DNA of 64,000 bases from Enoplolaimus lenunculus (lineage: Eukaryota), in assembly GCA_030248215.1 (NCBI GenBank), contig JASANG010003910.1, positions 62,001-126,000 on the forward strand. Direction: 5' to 3'. The stretch's first letter is position 1. The number at the start of each line of letters is the position of its first letter. Below, one piece after another: positions 25,483 to 38,706 of the stretch. Under the pieces are notes generated by a model. It did no database searches, was not told where the DNA came from, and saw only the letters and a program-made list of their open reading frames with translations. The translations under genes and the position numbers were made by a program.

Positions 25483-28451
25483 TTTTTTAAGTTCACTTAC
25501 TGTAGTAAAACAGTGTTGATAGATTTAATTAAGTAAATAGCGTAGAAAATTTAAATAAACCGAAAACTTAAGATACTGATATGGCCACATTGAAGTTTAT
25601 TCATTCAGAACTAAAAACAAAATGTTCGGCCCATGCTACGGGTCCCGACCGCGCAGTGTAAATTTAAGTATAAGCCTAATCCGGGTATCAGGGTGCTACC
25701 GAAGGTAAAGAATTTCGGAGCCGGAGCTCAACAAAACTTTTAACCATTTGATGAGTACTTTTGGCATGGACGAATTTATTGTCAACCATACTGCGTTCTC
25801 TTGGTGTGTTTTCTGTTGTTACCAAGTAAACATAATATTTCACAATAATATGATTCAACTTCAGTTTAAAATCGCTGCTCGATGTTCCGTTGTGCTTTCT
25901 ACGCAATCATAGGAATGTCCGTAGAATTTTGGTTTTACCGGTGGCATAGAATCATGGACTGAAAGGTTCAACAGGCCGCTGTATTTTTCCGAAATAACAA
26001 AAGTTCTGAAAATGTTATTTAGCTCGGTCTACCCGAAAATACAATATAAATCTTAAGGCACTATCAGATGCCGCTGAAGTTTTTAAATGTAACCAAAACT
26101 GAAGTTCTGAATATAGGTGAACTTGCTTTCTCTACTCAATGTGCTCTTAAATAGGTGTGTTGCAACCCTAAATTAAACGTGCTGTCTTCTGATCACATCA
26201 TTCGGCAGAATGGCACAATCTTCAAACACCAGTAATTAATCTTTTAACTCAATTGGCTGTCGTTTTCAGTCTCAGTGGTGTTGGGAGCTAATAAAGTGCG
26301 TAGGGAAAACATTGGAACACACAAAACGTTTCAGATATTCGTCTCCGGCAAGAATTACCGCGTGAGTAAGTAGCCGGCTAACTTTATTCTATTTTATCGT
26401 GGTTTCGCAGGAAAACTTGATTTCCGAAAAACCACAATGTATACCTTATTAGATCAACATTGATATAGAGAAATTCAGTTAGGCGCTCGACTATTGACCA
26501 CTTAAAGCGTTTACTGTGAATAAGATAGACATAAAAGTGATTTATACACATGGTCAGGTACCAAAACGGAAACAAAAACCGCACAAAATGAATATATTAA
26601 TAAAACTTTTGCGTTGATATATAGTAAAGACTATTAACATAGAACAAATATAGTATAATATACAATCATAAAACTGCAGTACTCATATGGTATGACGTAC
26701 AGAAATAAAACGGATTCATAACAGGCTGTTGCTACAATTTTGGACCTTACGGTTCCGGTAAATGTTTACCGGAGTTAGAAATTTCAATATTAAATTTTGG
26801 TCGGTGGAAATTAAGAAATTTTACTAAAAAATGACGATAAAAATAATGTAGATTTTATTCGTTATAGTATATATAAACTTTGACAATCACAGAAAATAAA
26901 CCATCTAAGGTAGATTGCGCTTCCGCGGATTATGAAAATCTAAAATACAGAAGAGAAAGTGAATACTATCTCCGAGTAAGGGTTATTTCACCAATGCAAA
27001 AAAATCAAGATGAATTTTTCAGTGGCATGTATTTTTCATTTTCCCGTTCCGTTTCAGGTATAATTTTTCCAAATCCCGGTTCCGGTAAATTGTAATTCCG
27101 GTTGCACCCTGGTTCACATATTTCAGTAGGTATTGCCTATTTATTTTTAGACTGTGGTTATCACGAGCCTAGAGGTTGAGCAAGGCAAATATGTGTGCTC
27201 ACACCTGATTGTTTTTTGCAGTTGAATAAGCAGACTGATTCCTTTCGCCTTGTGTAACCAATTTGATACAGAGTTAGACGGTTGCAAAAATAACGCCGAT
27301 GTAGATAATTAAATTTCGTACTTCTGTACGCTAAATTTTATAAAAATCTGATCAACAAAAACTAACCAACGAGTAAAACAGAAAAACGAAGTACAAACAG
27401 TTGAAAATATAATTGATTTTTCACGGACGTCAATACACACTGGAACATTATCACAATATGCGACAAAATGTATGCAAAGTGCACAAGAAAATAATATCGA
27501 CAAGGAGAAAAACCTTAATGCAGTTGAATATTGCATTCACTATATGCAAATTGAATTTGACATATTCAAATTATAACTGTCATTTTAGTGTTTTCATTAC
27601 AGCACAACACGGCTTTTTAATAAGACCTCCTTACTAACTGATTTTACCGAAAACCAAATTAAAATGGCTTCTGCTGGCCTGCGATTTAAACGATACTTCG
27701 CAACAAATCATTTAAAATTGTTTAGGTTTGTACAAATAAACTTCACAGTATTTATGAGTTAAAAAGTGAAAATCGAAAATTGGGGTTTGTTGGTAAAATA
27801 CGCATTACAACGTTTGAAGACGAAATGTTCATATACAAACGGTTCAGGCCAAATTCCGACGTCAGTATATATCGAGACCACGCCTACTTGTTAAAAAATA
27901 CAAATTCATCTATGTCGTGCTCCAATCTTTTCATTAAAAATTGCCCAAATATTCATCGACCGAAAGTAGCATGTTAATTAAAATTAGGGTATATATAATA
28001 CATATACGTATGTAATATTTGAAATGTATGACTGCAATAAACAACTATCACCAATATAACAACACAACACTGCAACCTTGGACATGTTTTTAATGTTTGT
28101 ACTAGAACATGAATCGTAATACAGTAGCAGTACGTACCAAGAACACTAACGTCTTAAAATACCATGAATAAGAAGTTATAGACAAGCTTCAAACATAAAC
28201 TTAGTGTATGCCAAGAAGAGACCAGAGCTTGAACTAACCAACTGCCAGATTACTGTCGGTCGACTATATACATGCAGCACTAATACACACCGTTGTCCAT
28301 ATCTATTATTTTCGTTTTTATCAGTTAGTTTTACTACAGAGTCAGATTCTCAATAAGTTTTCACAAACATTGCCAGATTTCCCGTTTAAGTTCTAAAATA
28401 TGAATAAAATAATATTCGTGCAGAAATTTGCAGATAAAATGCACTAGACAA

Positions 28452-31400
28452 TCACAAATCAACAAACATCACACATTCTCCACCGACCGACACTTCTGTT
28501 ACCATTACACGGAGATTGTAGTTTAGCTCGTTTGCAGTGCACAGGACCCGACCAGTGCTCGAGCTACTAGTCGAAGGGCTGTAATCATCTGCCTTAATTA
28601 CTACAAGAGCTGGACTAAGTACTGATAATGAATGTGAGTCAACACCAAGACTACGCATAGCGCTGTCACCGCGTTTCCCCTGCTGTTTATCGCGCTTTCT
28701 CTTGCGTGAATTGTTATTTTCAGCCATACCAGAACTGCTTGACACCGAACAAACAGCAGCCAATGATCCCGGTGACACTACTAAACTTTGTTGTTCAGAC
28801 CTATTTAAATTATTATCAGAAGATCGTTCTGCGCCTTGATTAGACATGTGTACATTTGGCGAGGTGCAACGGGACATTTTACACGCTGACTGCGAACTTT
28901 TTGACGCCAAAAACGTTGTAGCAGCCAGTGGACCAAAGCACGGTGATAACTTCGGTGGAGTCAAAGGACCATCAGATTCATCATAACATACACTACTGTA
29001 TTGGTTCAGTTTATCGAGTTCATTACCAGAATCCACTGTCAAATCACGCCTGAACTCAACATCATTCGTTTCTGATGATGGGTAAACGATTTTATCAGAT
29101 CGATGTGTCGTTGATTTGTGTTTCGGCTTGTGAGATCGTTGGTGCCACAATCTATCGCTTTGAGCTGTAGACATCTGGCTGATAATCATAGGTTCAAGTC
29201 TGCCATCATTCATAGAACAGTCATTATTCTGCTTCGACGGCTGCGATGTAATATGTCGTACGGAAGGCTGAACAGCCGAAATGTCATCTAGCGACGTACT
29301 AACTGTAGCAAACCGCCGCGCGGCCGAGTCGTTGTCGCCATTGGTATGCAGCTTAATTCGGATTGGCGGTAAAACTTTTGACGTAGAAGCAGCTTCCGGA
29401 GCAGTTGTAGTCATTTTCCGGTCGACATCAAATTTATGACTGCTCGATGCATGGGAGTTTGGCGTCATATCCGAATTCACTGAAGTAACAGTCATCATAT
29501 TGAGTGCTTCCGCTACACAGCAAGTAGTCTTGGTTGGTCCAGGTGTTTTCGGCACTTCACCGTCAGCATCGTTATGGTTAGCAACCAGTTGCCCTGTACT
29601 ACGGACAATTGAAAGCGTTGCTTCAGATACTCCAACTGAGCTAAAGTTTAAATTGTTCGCTGATCTCCCTGGCGACGCAGCTACAACGACAACTTTTGAC
29701 CGAGGAGGAACTGATGACTGCGAGCGATTATCCTTGCCGCCGCCAAGCATTGCCACAGTTGCACTCTTCGGTGTCGGTGGTGCCGGGGCCATGAGTGTTG
29801 GTGGCTGCCGTCGCCCGTGATTGCTTGATGTCACTGCAGCTGCAGTCATTGACGAAACAACTGTACTACAAGAAGAATGATCTGGATCACTTGGATGCTG
29901 CATCGTTGTGGCAACACAAGTCGAAGTTGTTGTCGTTGTTGTTGTTGTTGTTGTTGTTGCTGCTGCTACTGCTGTTGGAGAACAACCGATTAGATTTTGT
30001 TGCTCACAGTGTGAAGACGAGTTTAAGGACATAGAGCCGTTGTTTACCACTGCTAAGTTGTTATTACCATTCTTTCCTGATGCTAACTTTGATAATATCG
30101 GAGACGGCAACTGGTGATTTTCTTGTGGAGTTGCTCTGCTATTGCTATCATTCCCAATAGATGTTTCAGTTGTTTTTTCATGTTTGAACCGTTTCCGATA
30201 TTTATCATCCCTAACAGTTGGGCTAACGTAGTGATGCACGCTACTGACATTGTTACCCCTAGCTATCGTTTCAGTAACGCTTGGATGCTTGATCAGTTCC
30301 TCACTGCCCTTGTCTTTATTGTGTTTACCACCGCTCACACTACTGCACGGCCTGCTGTTTGAATCCGCATCGTTGCTTGCATTATCATCATCGTCTCCTT
30401 CGCTTTCACTTGTTGCAAGCAGTTTATCATTTTTAAGCGTTACAGTTTCGTTCTTGCGAAGCTCACATTTACCTACCCGTGAAGAACCGATAATCTGATT
30501 GTCGTTGGACACATCGGCTACCGAATCACCTTTGCGATTAGTTTTGAAAACAACGTCTGCAAAGGATTGTTGCGAAATTTCACTGCTAACATCGCTAGTG
30601 GATACAGCTCGAGATTTAATATGGCCGCATCTGCTTTTGCGCCCACGGCGTGCAGGAACAACAGGCTTCGAGTCCCAATGTTTGATATTATCGGCCTACA
30701 AATACATTTTATACGAAGTACGTATAACGCAAACGTCGCCAGAATTATTTCATGCAGAAATTTAACACAGATTGCATCAAAAGTTCAACAACATACACTA
30801 ATTTTTAATGGTAGCATTTTGGCTAACTAACTATTTAATATCAGCGGCAACATGTTGACCAGGTTGCGTATGTATAATGTGTAATGGATAGGAAGCCTTG
30901 ATTTTCCTGGGCAACCTCATCAGTTTGCATGCAGCGGTTAAACTAGAAGAACTACGATATATCAATCCTATAAAACAGTTGGTGTTCAAGATACCATAAG
31001 TTTCAAATTTATCCTATTTTCCACGAAATACGTAATGAATACGTATAATTAAAGTTAACGCCCCATACACGTATTTTGAGCTAAGTTATAGCCGATTTTT
31101 ACGTACGTATGCAAATTAGTTATATTATTAAACTTCTGCTGACTCCTAATAGCTCTAGATAGCACATTATATAGGTTTATTGAACGAAGCGAAACTGCGA
31201 GCGAAGCTCGGAGTTTCGCGAAGCGTTTTATATTTTGTACTCTGGAGTCGAAAGGTGGATATCCGTCCGTCCGTCCGGAAAGAATCTCAGGAACGCTGAA
31301 CCGATTTTGATAAACTTTCTTTGTTTGAAAGCCAATTATCCTGGGTGTTAACCTCGCATTAGGGTTTTAGATTTTTAAGCTGTTTATTAGCTACAGGCTA

Positions 31401-34400
31401 ATTTGCACAATTAGTTAGGCCTAAATTAGGACTTTCTACATTATTTCACTAATTATTACAGTTACACGCAATCTAATTTCAGCATTAAAGGGTTTTTGGG
31501 TGCAAGGAATCAGAATAGACTGTTTACATACCTCCAAAACCGATAAATGAGTACTTAGCTAATAAATACTTAGCATATTAACATAGTTTATAAACCTAAT
31601 TATGACTTTTTACAATATTTCACTAATTATTACGAGTAAAGCAATCTAATTTCAGCACTAATGGGTTTTTATGTGCGAGGTATTTGAATAAATTGTTTAC
31701 AAACCTCCAAAACCGATAATTGAATAGTTTGCTAATAGCTAAATTGCATATTAGCTTAATTGACTAGACAAAATTAGGACTTAAATTATTTCAATAATTA
31801 TAGGTTTTTTGGGTGCGGGGAATCTGAATAAATTGTTTACAAACCTCCAAAACCGCTAAACGAATAGTTAGCTGATAACTAATTTGCATATTACCTTAAT
31901 TGCTTACGTGTGTTCGAGCTTCGCTCAATAAATGTAGTCCCACTATGACAGGTTTATATACTGTTCTATATGAGTTTTAGTTGCGTTGCAACGTGTATTT
32001 TCTAGAACAAAGGCGAGCCCGGGTACCAGTCAACAATGTTCATTAGGCCTACACAAGATGAAAAATTTTATTTGCTCGCTATAGAATTTCGTTCCAATTC
32101 GATCAAGAAATTTTGCAGGAAATACGTTCGCAGCGGTTGCGAATACAAAAGCAAAACCAACACATATGGAGCAAGCAATTACGCAGTTGATAACAAATAA
32201 TTTATCAACCGCGCTCAAATTAAATGCTCATTCCATATTAAAGCACACCTTTTTCACTTTGCCTTTTCGTTTCTTTTTAAAACCACGACGCAAAACAGCT
32301 TTTCTATCCTTCCACTCTTGTAATAACCGGCTGTCCAGAATGTTCTTTTCTGGCTCCCATGTATTTGACCTATTAAAAAAGCTAGAACTGCAAAATTTTT
32401 AACAACATAGGACAAAGGATAGCGACCAGGATAAATCCGGAGCTAAACCAGACATTATAAGCAAGCTAACGAAAAAAAGCCTCAGGTTTCAGTCACTGTT
32501 CTACATCTGTTGTCTTTGATTGCCGAGATATTTGGCTTCTGTTCGCTTCAAGCACTAAGTTTCTTTGACTATGAAATATTGCGCGCCACCTATCGTCAAA
32601 AATTTCTTTATCCGCTACTAGTACTAGCGCAAATTTTTTACCTCGTAAAGAATAAAAAATAGTTATTTACATAAATTAAAACAAACCACATTAAAGCAGT
32701 GTGTCGGCAGAAGTGGTCTTGCTTTATACATTATCCATAATATCTACGTGCAACTATACAACATTCACTCAGCACTTAATAATTATGCCTAATATACATA
32801 TAAATCAACAACTTAGAACAAATATTATATCCGTACGTAGAAGGCCATTCTTTCCATTTGATCAAATATTCTGTCCTGCCCTATAATAGAATGAAAAAAC
32901 TACATTATATTACACGTCATTGCAAATTAAAGCATTTCGGAATCAATGCCTCTATACCAGGGTGCAACCGGAATTACAATTTACCGGAACCGGAACAGGA
33001 ATTTGAAAATTTTACCGGAACCGGAAAGTGAAAAATGCATTTCACCAAAAATTTCATTTTAATCCTATTTTTTGCTCTACTATTTGTGAAATAAGCTTAG
33101 TCGAACATAGGTATTTATTTTATTTGTTGTATTTTAGATTTTCATCATCGACTGAAATGAAATCCACCATCAATGGCTTATATTCGGAGTACAAGTGGCT
33201 TTCAAAAGAGATTCTTAAAAATTATCAAAGTTAAAAAAACGGTTAAATTATAACACCGGAATTTTTAAATCCGGTAAAAATTTACCGGAACCGGAATTCC
33301 GGTTGCACCCTGCTCTCCTAGGTTCAAACAAAATTTCTTTTTGACACTAACTACAAAACTTCCCAAAAACTACTGACAGAAATTGCAGGGGGCTAGAGGT
33401 CCTGTTACTCGATTTTTCTTATAATCGTAAAAATTTAATTTTTAAAGATCAAACACACTTATTTGCATAATTTTTAGTTATAATGTAATAGATAAGCGTG
33501 TGAAGTGTGTTTACATGTTATATACAAACGATCAGGCTTTGTTAAATGGTATTTTCGCGAGCAATAAAAATCACTCATCCGGTCAAAGACCACCCTTCTT
33601 TTTCTGGTAGACGTAACCAACGTCATTCGTCCATCCAGCACTGGACCGGACTATCATAATCTCTGCGACAACGTCAACGACTATCTAGAGGAGTAGAACG
33701 ACTGATTTGCTCACCACAAGCTGGAATTGTCGCTGCCGAAGTCAACAGCCACACTGTTTACAACGCACATGCATGAATACAAAGTGGAGTTGGAAGTCAT
33801 CATAGGCGGGAATCGAATTCCCTCCCTGCAACGTGTACAGAATTCAGCACTTCGAGTTGCTACCGGATGTCATATTATGGCAGCACCCGATCACCTGCAT
33901 CAAGAAAGCAAGGTTCTACCAATCAAGGAGCACAACATCATGCTGTCAAAACAGTATCTACTGTCGTGCTAACAGAGCTGATCATCCATGCAGCGACCTA
34001 ACATCTCCCATACTAGATTCTAGTCATCAGCGCAATTTGCGAAACGATGTACCACATGCCTATACCAACGACCTGGTACGACTGGACGTTTCCCACGAAA
34101 CGCTGGTTTCAACGTGCAATCTTACAAAGCCGGACTCAGCAAGCTGCACCGAACAAGTGCAGAAGATGCGTTACAAGGTCGTAAAAAGAACGTGGTGCTG
34201 GGCGGTTATCCGCCGCCCAACGGCATCAACGACGAAGAGAAGGGGCTGTCGAGGAAGGCTAGATGTGTCCTGGCGCAACTACGATCACGGTGGTGCCAAT
34301 TGCTGAACAGCTACAAACATCGGATTGATGAAAACGTGTCAGGTTGTGCCCAGAATGCGGCATCAGGCCACTCACCGTTCAACACTTATTCGACTGCCCA

Positions 34401-34794
34401 GCCAAACCAACCACATTGGATGAATCACCGTTATGGAATAGGCCACGGGAAGTGATTGCTTGGTTTGACTCTACACTGACAGATGGAGAAAGCGATGGTG
34501 GGATGGACGAATGACGTTGGTTACGTCTACCAGAAGAATAAAGAAGAAGACCACCAGTCCGTCAAGGCCCAGTGACAGGAAGTTTGACGTGTAACATACC
34601 CTCCTGCCTCCTCCTAAGTACGCCACTGATGCTCACCGGCAAATTATTTGGAAATAATGCAGATCTTATCTTGGCCTACAGTTTTAGTATTGACCACAAA
34701 TTTACACAACAGAAGACATAAATTTTACCTTTCGCCTTCGGCAGTTTTCAATTCGTTCGGCGGCGAATATATTGTCATTACGTGGTTCATCCAT
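28452..34794 (-). CDS. Pc: Polycomb (Pc/CBX2-4-6-7-8 family) chromodomain protein (4 exons, ~824 aa)
   Basis: Exons 34794-34729 (MDEPRNDNIFAAERIENCRRRK), 32880-32837 (GRTEYLIKWKEWPS), 32369-32249 (TSNTWEPEKNILDSRLLQEW...; the donor could be 9 nt earlier, same phase), 30695-28452. Pc-type chromodomain with F/W/W cage, RRGRKSR AT-hook-like motif, long low-complexity middle, C-terminal Pc-box-like RVMVTEVSVGGECVMFVDL. Confidence 0.9.
31176..31960 (+). mobile_element. DINE-1/Helentron-like non-autonomous element (Pc intron 3)
   Basis: Subterminal IR gagcgaagctcg / cgagcttcgctcaataa, (GTCC)n microsatellite, gaaccgattttgataaa core, internal tandem repeats, 3' mini-hairpin gtagtcccactat. Confidence 0.75.
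32958..33312 (+). mobile_element. hAT-type MITE (CAGGGTGCAACCGG TIR family)
   Basis: cagggtgcaaccggaatt ... aattccggttgcaccctg; near-identical to the 42089, 55290 and 59844 copies. Confidence 0.9.
33595..34546 (+). mobile_element. 5'-truncated, internally deleted non-LTR retrotransposon with an inverted copy of its 3' end at the 5' junction
   Basis: Disrupted post-RT ORF (SLPKSTATLFT, LQRVQNSALRVATGCH..HLHQESKVLPIKEH, LAQLRS..LLNSYKHRID, C-x2-C...HLFDCP), GAA-rich tail, flanking direct repeat AAGACCACC (33586-33594 / 34547-34555). Confidence 0.88.
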
Positions 34795-35337
34795 ACGATG
34801 ATTTTGTGTTGGTACTCGGTTTTAGAAACACTTTATGGTATCACGCAACCGCTGTACCATTATGTCGCGGTCTAGGTTTCGTCACTGTAACGATGTTAAC
34901 ATGCCCATATTAAGTTATTTAGTTTGTAGGCGTAAGTGATAAACTGTAAAACTTAACTTGCACACTACTTTAATTGGCACGTGTGAACACATTTTGCAAG
35001 TTATATAGCAAATAATTAACAGCATTTCAACGATTTTTAGGGTGTAGCAAGCTCAGGACGAGTAAAAATCTTTGAATAGTAAAACATTTTTATATAGCAA
35101 ATCAGACAAAAAAATCTTCAGCATACTTTTGACATAAGTTTCAAAACTAAGAAAAATTCGTCTTGATTTTTAACCCAATTTTGCCCAGTGCGGGGAGGTC
35201 AAATCAGCCGTGTCTTACCCATATTCCCATGGGCTCCTACTCACATTCCCATGTCTAGGATGACGTACAACAAGTATTTCAGTGTTCCGCAACGTTTCTC
35301 TTAGTTTTTCGCACCACAGCTGCTGCAATCAATCTAA

Positions 35338-35573
35338 GGGTTGCGTTATACTTGACGTCCGGAGATATCCGGCACCGTCCGCCACCTGTACCACCGTCCG
35401 TCACCATACGTTATCGTACGTGAGTTATTTGCGCACGATATTGCATGGTGACGGACGGTAGCGTGCGGGTGACGGACGGCACCGAACGGTACCGTGCGGG
35501 TGACAGACGGCACCGAACGATACCCTGTGGGAGACAGAAGGCGCCGGGCGTCAACAAAAGTATAGCGCAACCC
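35338..35573. mobile_element. PIF/Harbinger-like MITE ~540 bp upstream of the Pc start codon
   Basis: TIRs gggttgcgttatactt / aagtatagcgcaaccc, flanked by TAA and TTA; internal gacggcaccg subrepeats. Confidence 0.7.
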
Positions 35574-36338
35574 TTATTCGCACTTTCTATGACCAGCAAA
35601 ACATTATCTGAGCTGATAGAAACAATGGATGTATTGAATTTTCGATCAGTAAATATTGTTTATTTAAAAAATATTTTGAGCATGCTACGTACTTTTGTCA
35701 CCATGAAAATTCACCGCGAGATAAACATTTCGGATATTTAAACCGCACTTCGAATCTGCGATTCGACGTCAACAAATGTTGTCATCTGAATAGTGGTTAT
35801 GTAGACAAAATGCGAATGTCACATGACATTGGCTTACAAATCCCTGATCTTCAGTAATCATCATATACAAAGAGCCATATGTCACATGATACCATGAGAC
35901 ATTTAAAGCGAATATCATAAGATATTCCGAAATTCTACTGAATATCACGTATGAAGCAAGAAAACGTAACTTGTGCGAACTAATGATGCTATAAAAGCGA
36001 GATAACGTAGCTCGAAATGATTTCGAATACTAAGTTAGCCAGCCGAATCCAACAGGGTTCGGCAATATGTTTTTACATTTTTAAACAATAAAAATTTTAA
36101 ATATCTTGTTATATTAAGTAAAAAAATTTTATTTCTGGCCAAAAATGTCACATCAGGATAGCACACAATTCCAAATTTTTGAATTTGATAGCGGATCGAC
36201 ATGACAATATCTTACCCGTAATTGTAATCGGGACAAAACGCATTCCAGATTGCTCTAGTTATACCGAGAGCTTCAGAAAATAAACGCCAACTCCCGAAAT
36301 TTGAAAGCCGCCCTTTCGGACGCACACTTATCTAAAGT

Positions 36339-36671
36339 AAAATGTTTATAGAAATTTGAGCAAACTTAAGCTGTATCTATAACAGAAAGATACCATGCTG
36401 GGTTTTCGAATGTCATTTCCTCAGCGTTCTTGATTTGTTTTTCTATTTTGAAACTGGTTTCTTGTGTACTTTTTCACGTATTTGCTACTGAATAATATCC
36501 TTGCAAGCGGTGGAATAATGTGTAATTATCAAGGACGTCAGTCATTTTATGTTAATATTTTATGCCCTCGTTGCTTTAAATAATTGCCCTCGTTGATTTA
36601 AATAATGTGTTTTTTTAATAAAAACCGGGGTGTTCGGTAAACGAGCGCTTCGGACTTTAACTAAACTAAAC
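36339..36671 (+). mobile_element. 3' UTR/tail fragment of the L1/Tx1-like element at 61.8-63.3 kb
   Basis: Reverse complement of ~61831-62200 (aaaatgtttatagaaattt...gctgggttttcgaatgtcatttcctc...aataaaaaccggggtgttcggtaaacgagcgcttcggac); ends in a (TAAAC)n-like tail. Confidence 0.8.
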
Positions 36672-38706
36672 CATACACGAGCTCGCTCTGCAAAACAATA
36701 CACCTGGGCAGTAAACACAACTAAAATAGAAAGTTTATTTTACAGATCTTAAGCCATGTATATGTAAAAACATTTATATCGGAATCTCTCTAAGCATGCA
36801 GAAACAACAATACAACTCAACTCTGAAACAACTAGAAGTTAATAGTTCTCTGGTGGAGTAAATACATAGTGAAAATGCCGAAAATGGATGCAGAAAAATT
36901 TGCAAAACAAACTAGCATTCGGGTTTCGAACTTGGATTAATTTACTTGCCACGTATCATTCTGGTACACAATTCAGCGAACTCTTTTGTTTCTAACTTAA
37001 ATGTTCAATTGCAAATTATTCTAACATGCTTTCTGTATGCACTCATATGCTGAACAAAAGTAATTTTTTGGAAACGTTAAAAGCTGTTTCCGCATATATA
37101 GGCACACATTCACTTCATAAGGAGTAGATCCTATGGCCTATATCACTTTAAGGGACGTCCAGGTTCCTGGTGGTCTATAAAAAAGTTGGTTTAGATTTAC
37201 TAGATTACATTTTTTGCTTAGGCTTATGCTTCGGCTTAAGAACTCGTTTTTGCAACGCGTTGGCTTAAATTTAGGCTTAGGAATACCTTTCATCTACTAT
37301 TACGCCCCTAAATGTAATATTGGCCAATTCTGTAATAAAGTTGCATAACACCACTACCAGTAAACAAGCTCGAATTCAAAGCAACACTAAGCGTTAAGGT
37401 AAAATAAATGAAGCCATTCAGTAATCCAAAAGTGACAACACTTGAATTCAGCGACCTGAAGTATACCGCGGTAACAACAATCAAGCAGTTAATAAAATCG
37501 ATCACTTAATTTATCGAAAAACACTCAAATAGTAAAAATCTAACACTATAATCCTTGACAAGGCGGCTTTACAAAACATATATTTGTCACAAAATATGAA
37601 ATAAGTGGTACATAAATAAATAAAGTAAAAATGAAGACACTATTACAGACAGGCACCATATTTACTATGATTACAGTATTGAGCAATTACAAATTACGGA
37701 ACAAAACAAAACTACACAGAAGTATTTCGTAACAAACTGACATAATGAATCACTGTTAGCTTTCTATTCGTCAATAGATAATAGAATTATTGTAATTTTG
37801 CAAAATAAAACAATCTGTTGAAGGCACCGTTCTACTCATATATGCCGAGTCACGAACACTTTTATATTTCTTTCAGTTATGTTCAGAATAGTCAGCCAAG
37901 GTTGTTCGCTTAACCAGTAATTTCAGCATTAACCTGGCACCACTTAACGTAACACCTCAGACTATTAGTGGCACAGAATGTGCAATGAATTAACAGGCAG
38001 GTGTATCTGCGACGACTCTAAAATACAGTCAACATAGATACAATTGGAAACGAAAAATATTGAAATTATAGAACCGCTAACTGATATGCAAAATAATAAC
38101 GGTTTTAAAACAAAAATATTAATGTATCGCCGTAGCCAATATATTTATGAAAAAATTTATACGGAATCACTGAGAAAAAGCATACGTGCTGCCAATTGAA
38201 TATGCAAGAGTCTTGAGGCATAATTTTTTACGATATTCCGTGCTTCAGTTTTGCCGCTGTATAGTCAAATTCTCACATCCGACTTCAAGCAGAACTGAGC
38301 CACCTACGATAACCAATTCAAAGCGTAACTCATTCAGCAGTCACCTCCAAAATTTTGCTGGCCTACTCGAAACTACCAATAACGTACTGTAGTTTTATTT
38401 CTTCTCGTGCAAAAAAATGAAATCAGATTAACCATGGCCGTTGTCAAAACGCATCAATTCGATCAATGTTAGATATGCTTGATTTATGGTATTTAATCCC
38501 GTTTCCAAGGGGATTTCAACTCTCCAAGATGTTTCAGGTTTTGTGTAGGATGCGGATACCAACTAGGAATCTGTACTTCGATTTAAAACAAACAAAAGAT
38601 ATTTGTGAGTTATAGGAACATAAAACAGTAAACAACCGAAAAGCGTCCATCGATTCACCACGAACCTTTCTAATAGTTAAGCAGATTTCATGGCGATGTA
38701 GCAATG

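Noticed and set aside
29500..30830. Plus-strand ORFs overlapping the large Pc exon
   Set aside because: Antisense shadows of a long coding exon, with no independent motifs.
33028..33234. Recurrent small ORF MKNAFHQKFHF... (also 42159-42356 and 59955-60152)
   Set aside because: It lies inside hAT MITE copies, starts at GTG, and recurs only because the MITE does; no recognisable domain.
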